Below, piece after piece: positions 1 through 10,530 of a DNA stretch of 64,000 nt. The stretch spans positions 56,237 through 120,236 of the forward strand of contig CAYPSS010000001.1 in assembly GCA_964413735.1 (NCBI GenBank), in the 5' to 3' direction. The notes under the pieces are model-generated. The model saw only the letters and a list, made by a program, of their open reading frames with translations. It had not been told where the DNA came from and did not search any database. The stretch comes from an uncultured Gammaproteobacteria bacterium (lineage in GTDB: Bacteria > Patescibacteriota > Patescibacteriia > UBA11705). Position 1 is the first letter of the stretch. Every line of letters starts with the position of its first letter. The position numbers were made by a program, and so were the translations under genes.

Positions 1-77
1 TCGGGATCAAACTTTTCAAATTTTAAGCTAAGTTCTTTGGCCGCATCACGTAAAACTTTGATGTGAGGCTTTTTCAT
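1..77 (-). CDS. 5' part of a gene running off the window (MKKPHIKVLRDAAKELSLKFEKFDP...), possibly another ATP-grasp protein
   Basis: ATG at 77 overlaps the TGA of 74..1042 (ATGA coupling); N-terminus resembles the '..EAKKKGI..' start of the neighbouring ATP-grasp protein. Confidence 0.5.
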   Translation of the reverse strand, partial: MKKPHIKVLRDAAKELSLKFEKFDP

Positions 78-1042
78 ATAATCTTTTTTCTGATTAATAA
101 ATCAACAATTTGCTTAGCCGGATTGCGCGATTTTCCATGATGCGGATAATGATGCATCATTAACCCGGGAATCGGATTTACTTCAATAAAAAACCCCTTG
201 GCCAACCGATGATCACGAGCCATAAAATCAAATCCGGCAATCGGCATTCGCAACAATTTAGCCGCTTTTATGGCCATGTCTTTTATTTTCGGATGAACCT
301 CATCAGTAATATCTATTGTTTCTCCACCGGTCGCCAAATTGGCAGTGCGTCTAACAAATATTTTTTGTCCTTTTTCCGGACGATCACGCAAGGTCAAGTT
401 TTGTCTTTGCAAAACATGACGTAACAAAGCATCAATTATTACCGGTTTTTTGTGTTTGACCTTACGAATATTCCATAAATCAATTAATTGCTTGATATTA
501 TGTTGCCCATCACCAATTACATAAGCGGGAATTCTTTTAATTGCATATATGTAACGATAATCAATCACCAAAATACGATGATCATCGCCGGGAACCGCTT
601 TTTCAATTAAAATCGCATTTTTATAAGCACTTTCCAATTTATTATGATTGGTGGCTGCCAAAGCCTTTTCCATTGCCGGGAGCAATTCTTCGCGATATTT
701 GATGGCAATTGTTATTCCTTTACCTTGATTGGCACTCAAAGGTTTAATTACCACTTTTTTATTCTTTTGCAAAAATTTCCAGGCTTGTTCTTCTGTTTTA
801 ATCAAACTAAAATTAGGCACGGGAAATCCATTTTTTTTCAAAAAACGATCGGTTAAAAATTTGTTCGCCGCAATTTTATATGATGGATCGCTGATTAATT
901 CCGTCAAAGACTGATAAATAAAAGTGTGCTTTCCTTTTCGGCGCAACAAAAACAATTTTCCGCCACTTCCCACCGGGAAAATCTTAATTCCCTTTTTTTT
1001 CGCTTCATCAATAATTAATTTTGAATATGGTGATATTTTCAT
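74..1042 (-). CDS. Cyanophycin synthetase/GshAB-like ATP-grasp ligase (ATP-grasp domain only)
   Basis: VIKPLSANQGKGIT, GDDHRILVI, RIPAYVIGDG, ANLATGG, FIEVNPIPG motifs; no Mur-ligase domain. Confidence 0.8.
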   Translation of the reverse strand: MKISPYSKLIIDEAKKKGIKIFPVGSGGKLFLLRRKGKHTFIYQSLTELISDPSYKIAANKFLTDRFLKKNGFPVPNFSLIKTEEQAWKFLQKNKKVVIKPLSANQGKGITIAIKYREELLPAMEKALAATNHNKLESAYKNAILIEKAVPGDDHRILVIDYRYIYAIKRIPAYVIGDGQHNIKQLIDLWNIRKVKHKKPVIIDALLRHVLQRQNLTLRDRPEKGQKIFVRRTANLATGGETIDITDEVHPKIKDMAIKAAKLLRMPIAGFDFMARDHRLAKGFFIEVNPIPGLMMHHYPHHGKSRNPAKQIVDLLIRKKII

Positions 1043-1896
1043 ACTAAACTTTCCAAATATTGAATAATTTTCCCCGGAACATCTATTTTATTTTTTTGCA
1101 CAAATCTTTTAAATTGCGGTGACCGGTTTACTTCCAATACATATGGTTGTTCTTTTTCATCGAAAATAATATCCACGCCGGCAATATCCGCATTGGTCGC
1201 TTTAGCCGCCATTTCCGCGATTTTTTTCATTTTTGGCGTTAAATTTGACGCAAAAGCTCTTTGGGCCAAAGGAATTTGTTTACTTCTGGTCACCTTCAAA
1301 GTGTAACGCTTTAAAGCGCCAATGGCCAGACCATCAATAACCAAAACTCGATAATAATAATCACTATTTATAAACTTCTGAACAAAATATTTTTTAATCG
1401 GATTATTTCTTATAAATTCCTGAAATTTTTTTTCCGTGGAAATGATATGAATATTACGACCATGCATGCCATGAATATCCTTAATAATAATCGGATATTC
1501 GAATTTATACTTTGATTGACGCCACTCATCACAAGAAAAATAATAATAGGTATCAAGACAAGGCACGCCATGAAAACTAAGGGCCGAATACATGAATATT
1601 TTATCAAACGAATACACCTTTTTGTATAATTCCTTATCAACTACTGGGATATGATGACGATTCAAATGTTTGGCCAAAGTTTTTGCCTTGGCAAAATGCG
1701 GGTTGATTCCGCGGATTAAACAAATATCAAAATCAAGAACATTTTTAGCTTTATAATAAATATTAAATTTATTTTTTTCCAAAATAAATGATAAACAATT
1801 TATTGAGGCGCGAGTTGCCCGATGCCCGTATTTTTTTGCAGCTAAAATCAGAGAACGGTTTTCCCAGGAATTGGGACCAATGATCAAAATATTCAT
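1039..1896 (-). CDS. RimK/LysX-family ATP-grasp ligase
   Basis: PIIIKDIHGMHG, YRVLVIDG, AGVDII, VLEVNRSPQF. Confidence 0.8.
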   Translation of the reverse strand: MNILIIGPNSWENRSLILAAKKYGHRATRASINCLSFILEKNKFNIYYKAKNVLDFDICLIRGINPHFAKAKTLAKHLNRHHIPVVDKELYKKVYSFDKIFMYSALSFHGVPCLDTYYYFSCDEWRQSKYKFEYPIIIKDIHGMHGRNIHIISTEKKFQEFIRNNPIKKYFVQKFINSDYYYRVLVIDGLAIGALKRYTLKVTRSKQIPLAQRAFASNLTPKMKKIAEMAAKATNADIAGVDIIFDEKEQPYVLEVNRSPQFKRFVQKNKIDVPGKIIQYLESLV

Positions 1897-1900
1897 TTTT

Positions 1901-3307
1901 TTATTTTAATTTTTTAGTAGGATCAACCAAAAATCTTTTCAAATCTCGTCGACCGATAATAATCGGATATTTCATTTCTTTGCGTCCAATCACCGTCATG
2001 GTCGAATTTATATCAACACCAGAGATTTCCAGCTTAATTGGCAATTCCATGCGATATGAAGCACCATGTGAACTGTAAATTTTCGCTACCCCGATTATAT
2101 CAGGGTGCTTTTCAAGTTCTTGCCAAACTTTTTTATCCGACAACTCGGCAATTTCTTCCGAACTCATTACATCTTTGATATTAAACGATTTATAATAATT
2201 AATAGCGCTATCATAACCAAGAGCAATCGCCAAATCTTCATCAATAGAAGAAATCCCGGCACCGGTATCCACCTTGGCCTCTACTTCAATTTGATTTTTA
2301 TTTTTCCCTATTACTTTTACCGGTTCAATAATACCGATTACCTGTTTACCGGATAACTCCTCGATTTCCTGTTCAATTTCTCCACCAAATAATTCTTTGG
2401 CCACCATTATTCCTTTTTTAATGGTTTTGATTTTCAAACCCTTTACTCTTAATAATCGATCTTTCAAAGTGGCTAAATTCGCTACCTGAATTTCCATCCC
2501 CGGTCGAGCATTTAATTCCAAAATAATCGGGCCCTTTTCTCGATCAAGCGCCACATCAACCCCCACATAATTTAATTTACAAACCATTTGGGCTTCAATG
2601 GAAATCTCTAAAATTTGACGCCAAAATGGGATTTGGATACCGCGCAATTGAAACTTTGTCCCGGGCAAATAATCAATCATTTTACCATCTTGAACCGCAT
2701 GAGTGGTTAATCCGGTTTCAATATCAATGCCCACTCCAATACCACCGGCATGCAAATTAGCTTTGCCATTAGAATCTTTGGTGGGCAACCGAAGCATGGC
2801 CATTACCGGAACCCGATTATAAACAATTACTCGAATATCAGGAACACCCTTATATGAATATAATTTAAATACCGGATGGATCTTAATTCGTTCTTCGAAA
2901 AAAGCTGTATCCGGAGTATTGGTAATAGAATAATCACCATCTAAAATATTACTAACACGAAGCATGACATCACGAATCTCTGCATCACGATCAAGTGGCA
3001 AAACCCAATGACCGTTTTTCTTTTTTCCAAAAGTCACCATAATTCCTTCACCGCCCAAACCGCGATTTGGTTTTAAAACAAAACTATTGGGTAAACTTCC
3101 CCAATCAAAAGCATCAAACTCCTTCCAATTTCTGATTTTGGAAATCAGCTTGGCAACCGGCAAACCGGATTGACGCAAAAGTCGTTTGGTTTTTAATTTA
3201 TTATCAACCAAATTTTTATATTTTTTCGGACCGCTGGGACGAATGAAATCCAAATTACGTGAATTCATTCCCAGCACCCCTTTACTTTTTTTCAGGAAGT
3301 TCAACAT
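1901..3307 (-). CDS. Alpha-L-glutamate ligase-like ATP-grasp protein fused to a RimK-associated retropepsin-like protease domain
   Basis: VLGMNSRN, GVPDIRVIV, AMLRLPT..SNGKANLHAGGIGVGID, LELNARPG; C-terminal AKVDTGA...PIIIGRRDL. Confidence 0.85.
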   Translation of the reverse strand: MLNFLKKSKGVLGMNSRNLDFIRPSGPKKYKNLVDNKLKTKRLLRQSGLPVAKLISKIRNWKEFDAFDWGSLPNSFVLKPNRGLGGEGIMVTFGKKKNGHWVLPLDRDAEIRDVMLRVSNILDGDYSITNTPDTAFFEERIKIHPVFKLYSYKGVPDIRVIVYNRVPVMAMLRLPTKDSNGKANLHAGGIGVGIDIETGLTTHAVQDGKMIDYLPGTKFQLRGIQIPFWRQILEISIEAQMVCKLNYVGVDVALDREKGPIILELNARPGMEIQVANLATLKDRLLRVKGLKIKTIKKGIMVAKELFGGEIEQEIEELSGKQVIGIIEPVKVIGKNKNQIEVEAKVDTGAGISSIDEDLAIALGYDSAINYYKSFNIKDVMSSEEIAELSDKKVWQELEKHPDIIGVAKIYSSHGASYRMELPIKLEISGVDINSTMTVIGRKEMKYPIIIGRRDLKRFLVDPTKKLK

Positions 3308-4805
3308 TTTGAATTACTTTGCGAAAACGGTACAGTTCGAGCAAGCGCAAACCAGTCCATTTCCCAAGAGCGTAATTAATTAAAAAAGTTAATAAAATAA
3401 TTTCCGGATAACCAATAATTAAAATCCGCAAACTTTCCCAAGTAGCCAAATAATAACTCACCAAGGCCAAAATCAAAGTTTCCGCCACCAATTTAAAAGC
3501 AGTTTTACTGCCTAGTTCTATCTGCGCTTCCAAAAACTTTTCCGTAATAATCACCATAATCAAAATCGGAAAAATGGAAATACTGATAATACCGGTTTTG
3601 TTAAACAATGCCCCAACAAAAAACATTCCCAACACCGAAAAACTGACAATACTTAAAACCAATGACATTCGAGGCATATACATTAAACGAATTTTTCGCG
3701 CTACAAGACGACCAACCGTACCAATAATCAAAACCATGGCAAACAAAGCCAACCCGTATTTAATACCGGTCGCTATAAAGGAAACCGCCACCAATGATGG
3801 CGCATACATGCCAAAAGCTTTGATCCCAATGATCTGTCGAGAAAAAGCAATGATCGTGGCAATAATTGGCAAAATCAAAATCAAATAAATGGTATTGATT
3901 GACACGCCATTATTAACCATATAATCAATAATGTAAGATAAAAAATTCCACAGTTTTAGAGTATGCAAAGGTCTTTGAGTATGGGCACCCAAAATTTGAT
4001 ATGATTGATTGTTTTCTTTCAATTGATAGGTAATGCTTTCAGAATCCAAACGAGGGATCACTTCTTCATACCCGCCGGCATCCACCACCATCATATTTTT
4101 CGGCAACAATAAATTATAAACATTTTGGGCCAATCTTGAGGTCACTTTCAAATTTTCGCCGGTTAAAACATATATCCCCTTTTGATTAAACCCCAAACTC
4201 TTAATATCAGCCCCCTTGGCTAATTCTTGGCTGGCCCCAATCAATGCATTTAAGCCATAACTCCCACTGGTCCAAATAACAATATTTCTAGCCTGCCTAA
4301 TATCTGACCGATTTTCCACAATCGCTTGAATTAATAATGACTCACTTAAATAATCGGTATCTTGTTTGGGAATAATGATCGGAACAAGCAAAATCCCCAC
4401 CGAACTGGATTTTTCTTGCAACTCTTCCAACAATTCGGTGGATAATGATTCATCGGTAATTAACATCACAATATCTTTTTCCACCTTTACAATAATTTCA
4501 TCTTCCGCCATCAAATTGCCGTTAATGGCCGACAAAGAAACACGATAAACCCCGGGGTTGGCAAAAGTATGAGTTACTTCCACCCCGTTAGCAATTGAGC
4601 CATCACCAAAATCCCAAGTAAAACTGGTGTTTTCAATCACTTGATCGGTATTGGCGGAAAATACCACCGGTCTTTCCACTAAGACATTTTTATCTTCACC
4701 GGCTTCAATAGAAAAAATATTATTAACGGTTTGGGCCTGAGTAATAGAAGCAAAAAATAAAAATATTAAACTTAAACAAAAAAAGTAAATGCTACGCTTT
4801 ACCAT
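3282..4805 (-). CDS. Secreted PKD domain plus C-terminal 7TM domain of the type found with inactive transglutaminases
   Basis: Signal peptide; FTWDFGDGS..THTF..PGVY (PKD); RQIIGIKAFG, SIFPILIM, LGKWTGLRLLELYRFR (7TM). Confidence 0.8.
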   Translation of the reverse strand: MVKRSIYFFCLSLIFLFFASITQAQTVNNIFSIEAGEDKNVLVERPVVFSANTDQVIENTSFTWDFGDGSIANGVEVTHTFANPGVYRVSLSAINGNLMAEDEIIVKVEKDIVMLITDESLSTELLEELQEKSSSVGILLVPIIIPKQDTDYLSESLLIQAIVENRSDIRQARNIVIWTSGSYGLNALIGASQELAKGADIKSLGFNQKGIYVLTGENLKVTSRLAQNVYNLLLPKNMMVVDAGGYEEVIPRLDSESITYQLKENNQSYQILGAHTQRPLHTLKLWNFLSYIIDYMVNNGVSINTIYLILILPIIATIIAFSRQIIGIKAFGMYAPSLVAVSFIATGIKYGLALFAMVLIIGTVGRLVARKIRLMYMPRMSLVLSIVSFSVLGMFFVGALFNKTGIISISIFPILIMVIITEKFLEAQIELGSKTAFKLVAETLILALVSYYLATWESLRILIIGYPEIILLTFLINYALGKWTGLRLLELYRFRKVIQNVELPEKK

Positions 4806-5298
4806 AATAATTTTTTAATTTATAAGAATTGGAGGCACAAATCGCCACCGCCAAAGCATCGGCCGCATCGTCCGGTTGCGGAATATTTCGTAATGACAAA
4901 AACACTTTGACCATTTGTTGAACTTGTTTTTTTTCCGCTTTACCATAACTGACAATCGCTTGTTTAACTTGTAATGGGGTAAATTCCACTATCGGAATCC
5001 CGGCCAAATGCGCGGTTAAAATAATCACGCCTCGCGCTTGTCCCACCTTAATGGCGGTCGTAGTATTTTTACAAAAGTAAAGATCTTCAATCGCCACCAA
5101 GTCAGGCTGATATTTTTTTATAATTGAAGTTAATTGTTCATAAAGATATTTCAACCGCTCGGGAAATTCAATTTTCCCGGAAGTTTCAACACAACCATAA
5201 TCAAGCATTTTGATTTGGCTACCTTGATTTTCGATCATCCCCCAACCGGTTCGGCCATATCCGGGATCAATACCTAAAATTTTAATTTCTTTTTTCAT
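4792..5298 (-). CDS. ruvC: Holliday junction resolvase RuvC
   Basis: ILGIDPG, AIEDLYF, GQARGV, DDAADALA. Confidence 0.97.
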   Translation of the reverse strand: MKKEIKILGIDPGYGRTGWGMIENQGSQIKMLDYGCVETSGKIEFPERLKYLYEQLTSIIKKYQPDLVAIEDLYFCKNTTTAIKVGQARGVIILTAHLAGIPIVEFTPLQVKQAIVSYGKAEKKQVQQMVKVFLSLRNIPQPDDAADALAVAICASNSYKLKNYYGKA

Positions 5299-5307
5299 GA
5301 AACAAGA

Positions 5308-6021
5308 TTAAGATTGAGCATTGGTAAAATAATCGGACACATCATCATTTTCTTCCAAAGCCTCCAACATTTTATTTAACTGGCTTTGCGTGTTTTCATC
5401 CACTACCGTCTCGTCCTTGGCCACCCATTCCATTTCCGCATAAGAGATTGCCAATTTTTTATCTTCAATCAACTTCTTTAATTTCGGGAAATTATCAAAG
5501 GTGGTGATTACCGTCATTCCCTTGTCATCAACCTCAACATCCTCAGCCCCATTATCAATTAATTCCAATTGCAACTCTTCACTTTCACTAACTTGATCAA
5601 TTCGAATGATCCCTTTATGTTCAAACATCCATTTTACTGAATTAGGACCGCCCATCGCGCCATTATATTTGGAAAAAATGTGCTTTAAATCACTGGAAGT
5701 GCGATTACGATTATCCGTATTGGTTAAAACCAATATCGCCACTCCACCCGGTCCAAAACCCTCATAAATCACCTCTTCAATTTGTCCACCATCCGCCGTT
5801 CCGGCGCCACGCGCGATCGCTCGATCAATATTATCCTTGGGCATATTGGCCGCCCGCGCCTTATCAACGGCCAGACGCAATTTGAAATTCGTTTCCAAAT
5901 CCGCTCCACCCTTGGCCGCCACGATGATATTTTTAATAATTTTAGTAAATTGTCCTGAGCGTTTTTGATCAGCTACGGCCTTTTTACCGGCAATCTTACT
6001 CCATTTGTTATGTCCTGACAT
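5308..6021 (-). CDS. yebC: YebC/PmpR family protein
   Basis: MSGHNKWSKI, YEGFGPGG, TDNRNRT. Confidence 0.96.
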   Translation of the reverse strand: MSGHNKWSKIAGKKAVADQKRSGQFTKIIKNIIVAAKGGADLETNFKLRLAVDKARAANMPKDNIDRAIARGAGTADGGQIEEVIYEGFGPGGVAILVLTNTDNRNRTSSDLKHIFSKYNGAMGGPNSVKWMFEHKGIIRIDQVSESEELQLELIDNGAEDVEVDDKGMTVITTFDNFPKLKKLIEDKKLAISYAEMEWVAKDETVVDENTQSQLNKMLEALEENDDVSDYFTNAQS

Positions 6022-6233
6022 AAGAGTTGTTTATTAAACCTAAAAAATGAAAAGTTTTGACCTTTTCCATGATGTAATCATAACAAATTTTATAGATTTT
6101 TTCAACTATACCTGATCTCGTTGGACCTCTACCCTGAATCACTCAAAACCGTCACTGAAATTTAAAATGTGCATAACACCATTGAAAAAAAATAATGAGT
6201 CTGATAAGGTTATATTAAGTTAAAAATTATTTT

Positions 6234-7250
6234 ATGTTTGATGAGCTGCGTCAACAATACGACCAATCAAATTTATACCGAGTAATAGAAAATTTACCCG
6301 GCCAACTCATCAGCGCCCTTAATTTTACCGAAATTAAATTTAATTCTGTTCCCCGCAGAATTTTTATTTTTGGCGTTGGCGGTTCCGCCTTACCAGCAAA
6401 TATTTTGAAAACCATTATTAATAATTCACAACAAAATTTCACCACCCCGATTCATATTATTCGTGATTATTCTTTCCCCAAAGACTTTAATAATGATGAT
6501 GGAGCGATATTTATTTCCTATTCCGGCAATACCGAGGAACCACTGGAAAATTTTGATCAAGCGTTAAAACTAAACCATAAAAATTTATTAGTCCTAACCA
6601 CCGGAGGGCGATTACAAAAAATTGCCGACGAAAATTCCGTGCCACTCACCATTATTCCCTCCGATGCCCTGCAACCGCGCATGGGATATGGCTATTTTGT
6701 CGGTGCCTTGATGAAAATTTTAATTAGTTCTCACTTATTGGAAGATCATTATTCGATTATTGAACAAACGGTCGCACAGTTAAATGCGGAGAAAGAAAAA
6801 ATTATCAATCAAGCGCAACAATTATCAAAAAACATTAAACAATCAACCCCCATTATTTATACAACCGACCGTTGGAAATATTTAGCCATGATTGTGAAAA
6901 TAAATTTCAATGAAAATGCCAAAATCCCCAGTTTTTGGAACTGTTTTCCCGAACTCAATCACAATGAGATGGTGGGATTTACCAATACAACTGGAAATTA
7001 TCAAATAATAATATTTAATGATCCTGAAGAGCACCCCCGTAATCAAAAAAGAATTAAAGTTTTCCAAAAATTCATGGAAACCAAATTCCCGATTGAAATA
7101 ATTAACTTCCCTACCGGTAATGCTCTATACAAAACTTTTCACATTTTATGGCTCGGACTGTGGACCTCCTACTTTACTGCTTTGCAAAACAAAATTGATC
7201 CCACCCCGGTTGACTTGGTAGAAGAATTCAAGAAGTTATTAAATGAGTAA
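6234..7250 (+). CDS. Bifunctional phosphoglucose/phosphomannose isomerase (SIS domains)
   Basis: GVGGSA, ISYSGNTEE, NENAK, PELNHNE, DPTPV. Confidence 0.88.
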   Translation: MFDELRQQYDQSNLYRVIENLPGQLISALNFTEIKFNSVPRRIFIFGVGGSALPANILKTIINNSQQNFTTPIHIIRDYSFPKDFNNDDGAIFISYSGNTEEPLENFDQALKLNHKNLLVLTTGGRLQKIADENSVPLTIIPSDALQPRMGYGYFVGALMKILISSHLLEDHYSIIEQTVAQLNAEKEKIINQAQQLSKNIKQSTPIIYTTDRWKYLAMIVKINFNENAKIPSFWNCFPELNHNEMVGFTNTTGNYQIIIFNDPEEHPRNQKRIKVFQKFMETKFPIEIINFPTGNALYKTFHILWLGLWTSYFTALQNKIDPTPVDLVEEFKKLLNE

Positions 7251-7348
7251 TTTGGGGGTAAAACCCCATTACATAGAACTTCTCGTCTCCATGCTTGGCG
7301 AGAAGTTTTTAAATTGGAGATTTAAGACAAATTTGCTATGATGAAATT

Positions 7349-8902
7349 ATGTTTATGACTTTTTGGCAAAAACTACAACATTTTAAATATCATAAAATCT
7401 TATTGGTGTTTTTGTTTTGTATTTTAATTTTTTCTTTATTTCAAGCACCGCATGGGATGGGCGACCCAGATGGCTTTTATCATGCCCGGCTATCGCAAAT
7501 GATGACTAACAACCTTACCTTCCAAGAATTCCCCTGGATGCAGTTTTCCACCCTAAATGAAAATTTCACTGATCATCATTTCTTGTACCACCTATTATTA
7601 ATGCCATGGACCATTGTTTTTGATCCTTTAATGGGCACAAAAATATTTACCGTTATTTTATCCTCATTATTCATTACTTGTTTTTATTGGTTTTTAACTC
7701 GCTATAATTTTCAATACAAACTACCATTATTATTTTTACTTTTTATTTTTACTTCGTTTTTCTTTCGTCTATCTTTAATCAAAGCCACCGCCTTATCCTT
7801 AATTATTTTGCTGTTTATAATTTATGCGATTTTTGAAAAAAAATATTCTCTGATTTTATTCCTGTCATTTATTTATGTTTGGAGTTACGGTGGATGGCTT
7901 TTGGGTTTGGTAGTTGGAGGAATTTACATTATTTCTGAAACAATTTATTTATTAATAAAAACAAAACCATCATGGAAATCCCTGATTAATAAAACATTCA
8001 ATTTTTCCAATAAAAAAATAATTTTCAATTTAGTCTTAGGCAACCTCATGGGGCTGATAATCAATCCCTACTTTCCTCAAAATATAAAATTTTACTGGCA
8101 ACAAATTTGGCAAATCGGTATTATCAACTATCAAAAAATAGTTGCCGTGGGAAATGAGTGGTTCTCCATTTCCTTATTAGACCTTGGGTCGCACTCGATT
8201 ATCACCACCGTTATAATTATCCTGACATTTACCTGGTGTATTATTAATTACAAAAAGATCAATCGCTTCACTATATTTTTCGCATTATTAACCATATTTT
8301 TCTTGCTTTTAACTTTGAAATCACGCCGTTATTTGGAATACTTTATTCCATTTTCCACTCTTTTTGTCGGATATTCATTTACCTTAAACAAACTCCAATT
8401 ACCAACTAATCGACAATCTATTATTGATTTTTTCAAAAGACCGTCCCATTTTATTATCAGTATAATAATTGTTATGATTTTATGTTTTCAATACGGTCAT
8501 AGCCTTTATAATGTAAAAAAAAACCTTAATCGTGACAAATACTTAAATTATCAGGGAGCCGCCCAATATTTGCAAAAACACACGCCTTATCATACCACGA
8601 TTTTTCATCCCGGGTGGGATGATTGGCCGGCTTTATTTTATTATAATCCCAACAATTACTATATTGGCGGGCTTGATCCCACCTTCACTTATTTATATAA
8701 TTCAAACCTTTATCAAAAATGGCAACAAGTGGTCCACCAACCGGCAAATAATGACTTTTATCAAATCATTAAAAATGACTTTCATGCTTCTTATGTTTTT
8801 GCGCCCAAACAATATAAACAATTTATAACAAATTTGAATAATAATTTTTATTTTAAACCGATTTATTCCGATGATCATGTGATTATTTATCAAGTCCTAT
8901 GA
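7349..8902 (+). CDS. Polytopic membrane protein, GT-C-fold glycosyltransferase-like
   Basis: Many TM helices, DPDGFYH loop after TM1, DHHFLYH, C-terminal WDDWP/GLDPTF soluble domain. Confidence 0.6.
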   Translation: MFMTFWQKLQHFKYHKILLVFLFCILIFSLFQAPHGMGDPDGFYHARLSQMMTNNLTFQEFPWMQFSTLNENFTDHHFLYHLLLMPWTIVFDPLMGTKIFTVILSSLFITCFYWFLTRYNFQYKLPLLFLLFIFTSFFFRLSLIKATALSLIILLFIIYAIFEKKYSLILFLSFIYVWSYGGWLLGLVVGGIYIISETIYLLIKTKPSWKSLINKTFNFSNKKIIFNLVLGNLMGLIINPYFPQNIKFYWQQIWQIGIINYQKIVAVGNEWFSISLLDLGSHSIITTVIIILTFTWCIINYKKINRFTIFFALLTIFFLLLTLKSRRYLEYFIPFSTLFVGYSFTLNKLQLPTNRQSIIDFFKRPSHFIISIIIVMILCFQYGHSLYNVKKNLNRDKYLNYQGAAQYLQKHTPYHTTIFHPGWDDWPALFYYNPNNYYIGGLDPTFTYLYNSNLYQKWQQVVHQPANNDFYQIIKNDFHASYVFAPKQYKQFITNLNNNFYFKPIYSDDHVIIYQVL

Positions 8903-10530
8903 ACATCAAAACCATAATTCACAATTGGCGTAAACGTGAATGGCTCACCATGCTGGGGATTTCATTATTTTTGATTTTTTTGATAATTATCCCTTTAATT
9001 TACGGACAAATAATAAAAGAGCCAACCGAAACAATTAGCGGTATTCATGTTTTAGCTCCCGGAGATTATCCGATTTATTATTCTTATATCAACCAAATCA
9101 AAAATCATGGTTGGCTACTTTTCAATCAATTTACCACCGAAAACCAATCTACGGGTATCTTCAATATTGTTTGGTTATTAATTGGTAAATTCGCCAATCT
9201 TTTTAATTTAAACGCAATCTGGGCCTTGAAAATTTTTCAATTGCTCTGCATTCCCATTTTGGTTTTTTCATTATATTTATTCATTTCTATTTTTACCGCC
9301 AACATATTAAAACGTCGCTGGGCTTTGATTTTTTCTTGTTTGGGCAGTGGTTTGGGCGTATATTTTGAATCTTTGATTTATACGAACAATGATATTTATT
9401 TTCGCTCAGCTGACTTGTGGATGCCGGAGGCCACCATTTTCAACACCATTTCTCATGTGCCTCATTTTATTTTAGCCACGTCTTTGATTTTTTTGATTTT
9501 CACTTTTTCATTTTTAGCTCTAAATCAAAATAAATATTATTATACTGTTTGGGCCGGCATTTTGACTTTGCTTTTGTTCAATTTTCATCCTTATCATATT
9601 CCTTTAATATATTTAACATTTTCAGTTTATGGATTAACCAAACTTTTTGATAAAAAGCTTTTGTTCAAAGAATTAATAAAGCATTTATTTATAATAGGTC
9701 TTATTTCTCTGCCAAGTATTATTTATCATTTTTACACCCTCACTGATCCGGTGATTTTTGCCCGTAGCTTACAAAATATAACTCTTAGTTCCCCTTTATA
9801 CTTTTATATATTCGGTCTTGGTATTTACTTTTTACTGTGGAGCGGGGGCGTTTACTTGTTGTACAAAAAATGGCTACCTTCCAAATTTTATTTTCTCATT
9901 ATTTGGATTTTAATTGCTTATTTACTCGCCTATTTACCCGGTTGGCAATTCCAAAGACGCTCAATTCAAGGCGTTATTATTGCCGTAGTAATGCTAAGTA
10001 TAGAATACTTGTATTATCTGATTTTTATTAAACGATTATCGTTTTTTCAAAATCGTTTATTCAAACAACCATTTTTTCTTAGCTTAATAATTATTTTTAT
10101 TTTTGCTCCTTCGTCTTTTTTTCTGGAATTGCGAGAATTTTATAATTATAAACAAAAAGGTGAGTTTTTTTATTTAAACAAAGACAAAACCTATGGTTTT
10201 GAATTTTTACGCAAATTACCAAGAGGGAATGTTTTAAGCAGTCAAATTACCTCAGTTTTTATTCCCTCTCATACCGGGAAAAGTGTTTTTTTCGGTCATG
10301 CTCATGAAACTATTGATTCAAAAAGAAAAAACCAACAAAAACAAAAGTATTTCACCAACCAAATGACCGAATCGGAAGAATTAAACTTTTTAAAAAAATA
10401 TAATTTACATTATTTTTGGTGGGATGATATTTTGCAAATCAAATATCCCAACTTTGATCCTCAGACAAAAACGTATTTTCAATCCCTGGCAGTTTTTGAC
10501 AATCAAGAAATTTTTATTATTGAATATTGA
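8899..10530 (+). CDS. Polytopic membrane protein, GT-C-fold glycosyltransferase-like
   Basis: GDYPIYYSYI loop, WMPEA, FHPY, FGHAHET; many TM segments. Confidence 0.55.
   Translation: MNIKTIIHNWRKREWLTMLGISLFLIFLIIIPLIYGQIIKEPTETISGIHVLAPGDYPIYYSYINQIKNHGWLLFNQFTTENQSTGIFNIVWLLIGKFANLFNLNAIWALKIFQLLCIPILVFSLYLFISIFTANILKRRWALIFSCLGSGLGVYFESLIYTNNDIYFRSADLWMPEATIFNTISHVPHFILATSLIFLIFTFSFLALNQNKYYYTVWAGILTLLLFNFHPYHIPLIYLTFSVYGLTKLFDKKLLFKELIKHLFIIGLISLPSIIYHFYTLTDPVIFARSLQNITLSSPLYFYIFGLGIYFLLWSGGVYLLYKKWLPSKFYFLIIWILIAYLLAYLPGWQFQRRSIQGVIIAVVMLSIEYLYYLIFIKRLSFFQNRLFKQPFFLSLIIIFIFAPSSFFLELREFYNYKQKGEFFYLNKDKTYGFEFLRKLPRGNVLSSQITSVFIPSHTGKSVFFGHAHETIDSKRKNQQKQKYFTNQMTESEELNFLKKYNLHYFWWDDILQIKYPNFDPQTKTYFQSLAVFDNQEIFIIEY

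Noticed and set aside
74-1042. True cyanophycin synthetase (cphA)
   Set aside because: Only the ATP-grasp part is present; no Mur-like domain or cyanophycinase in view
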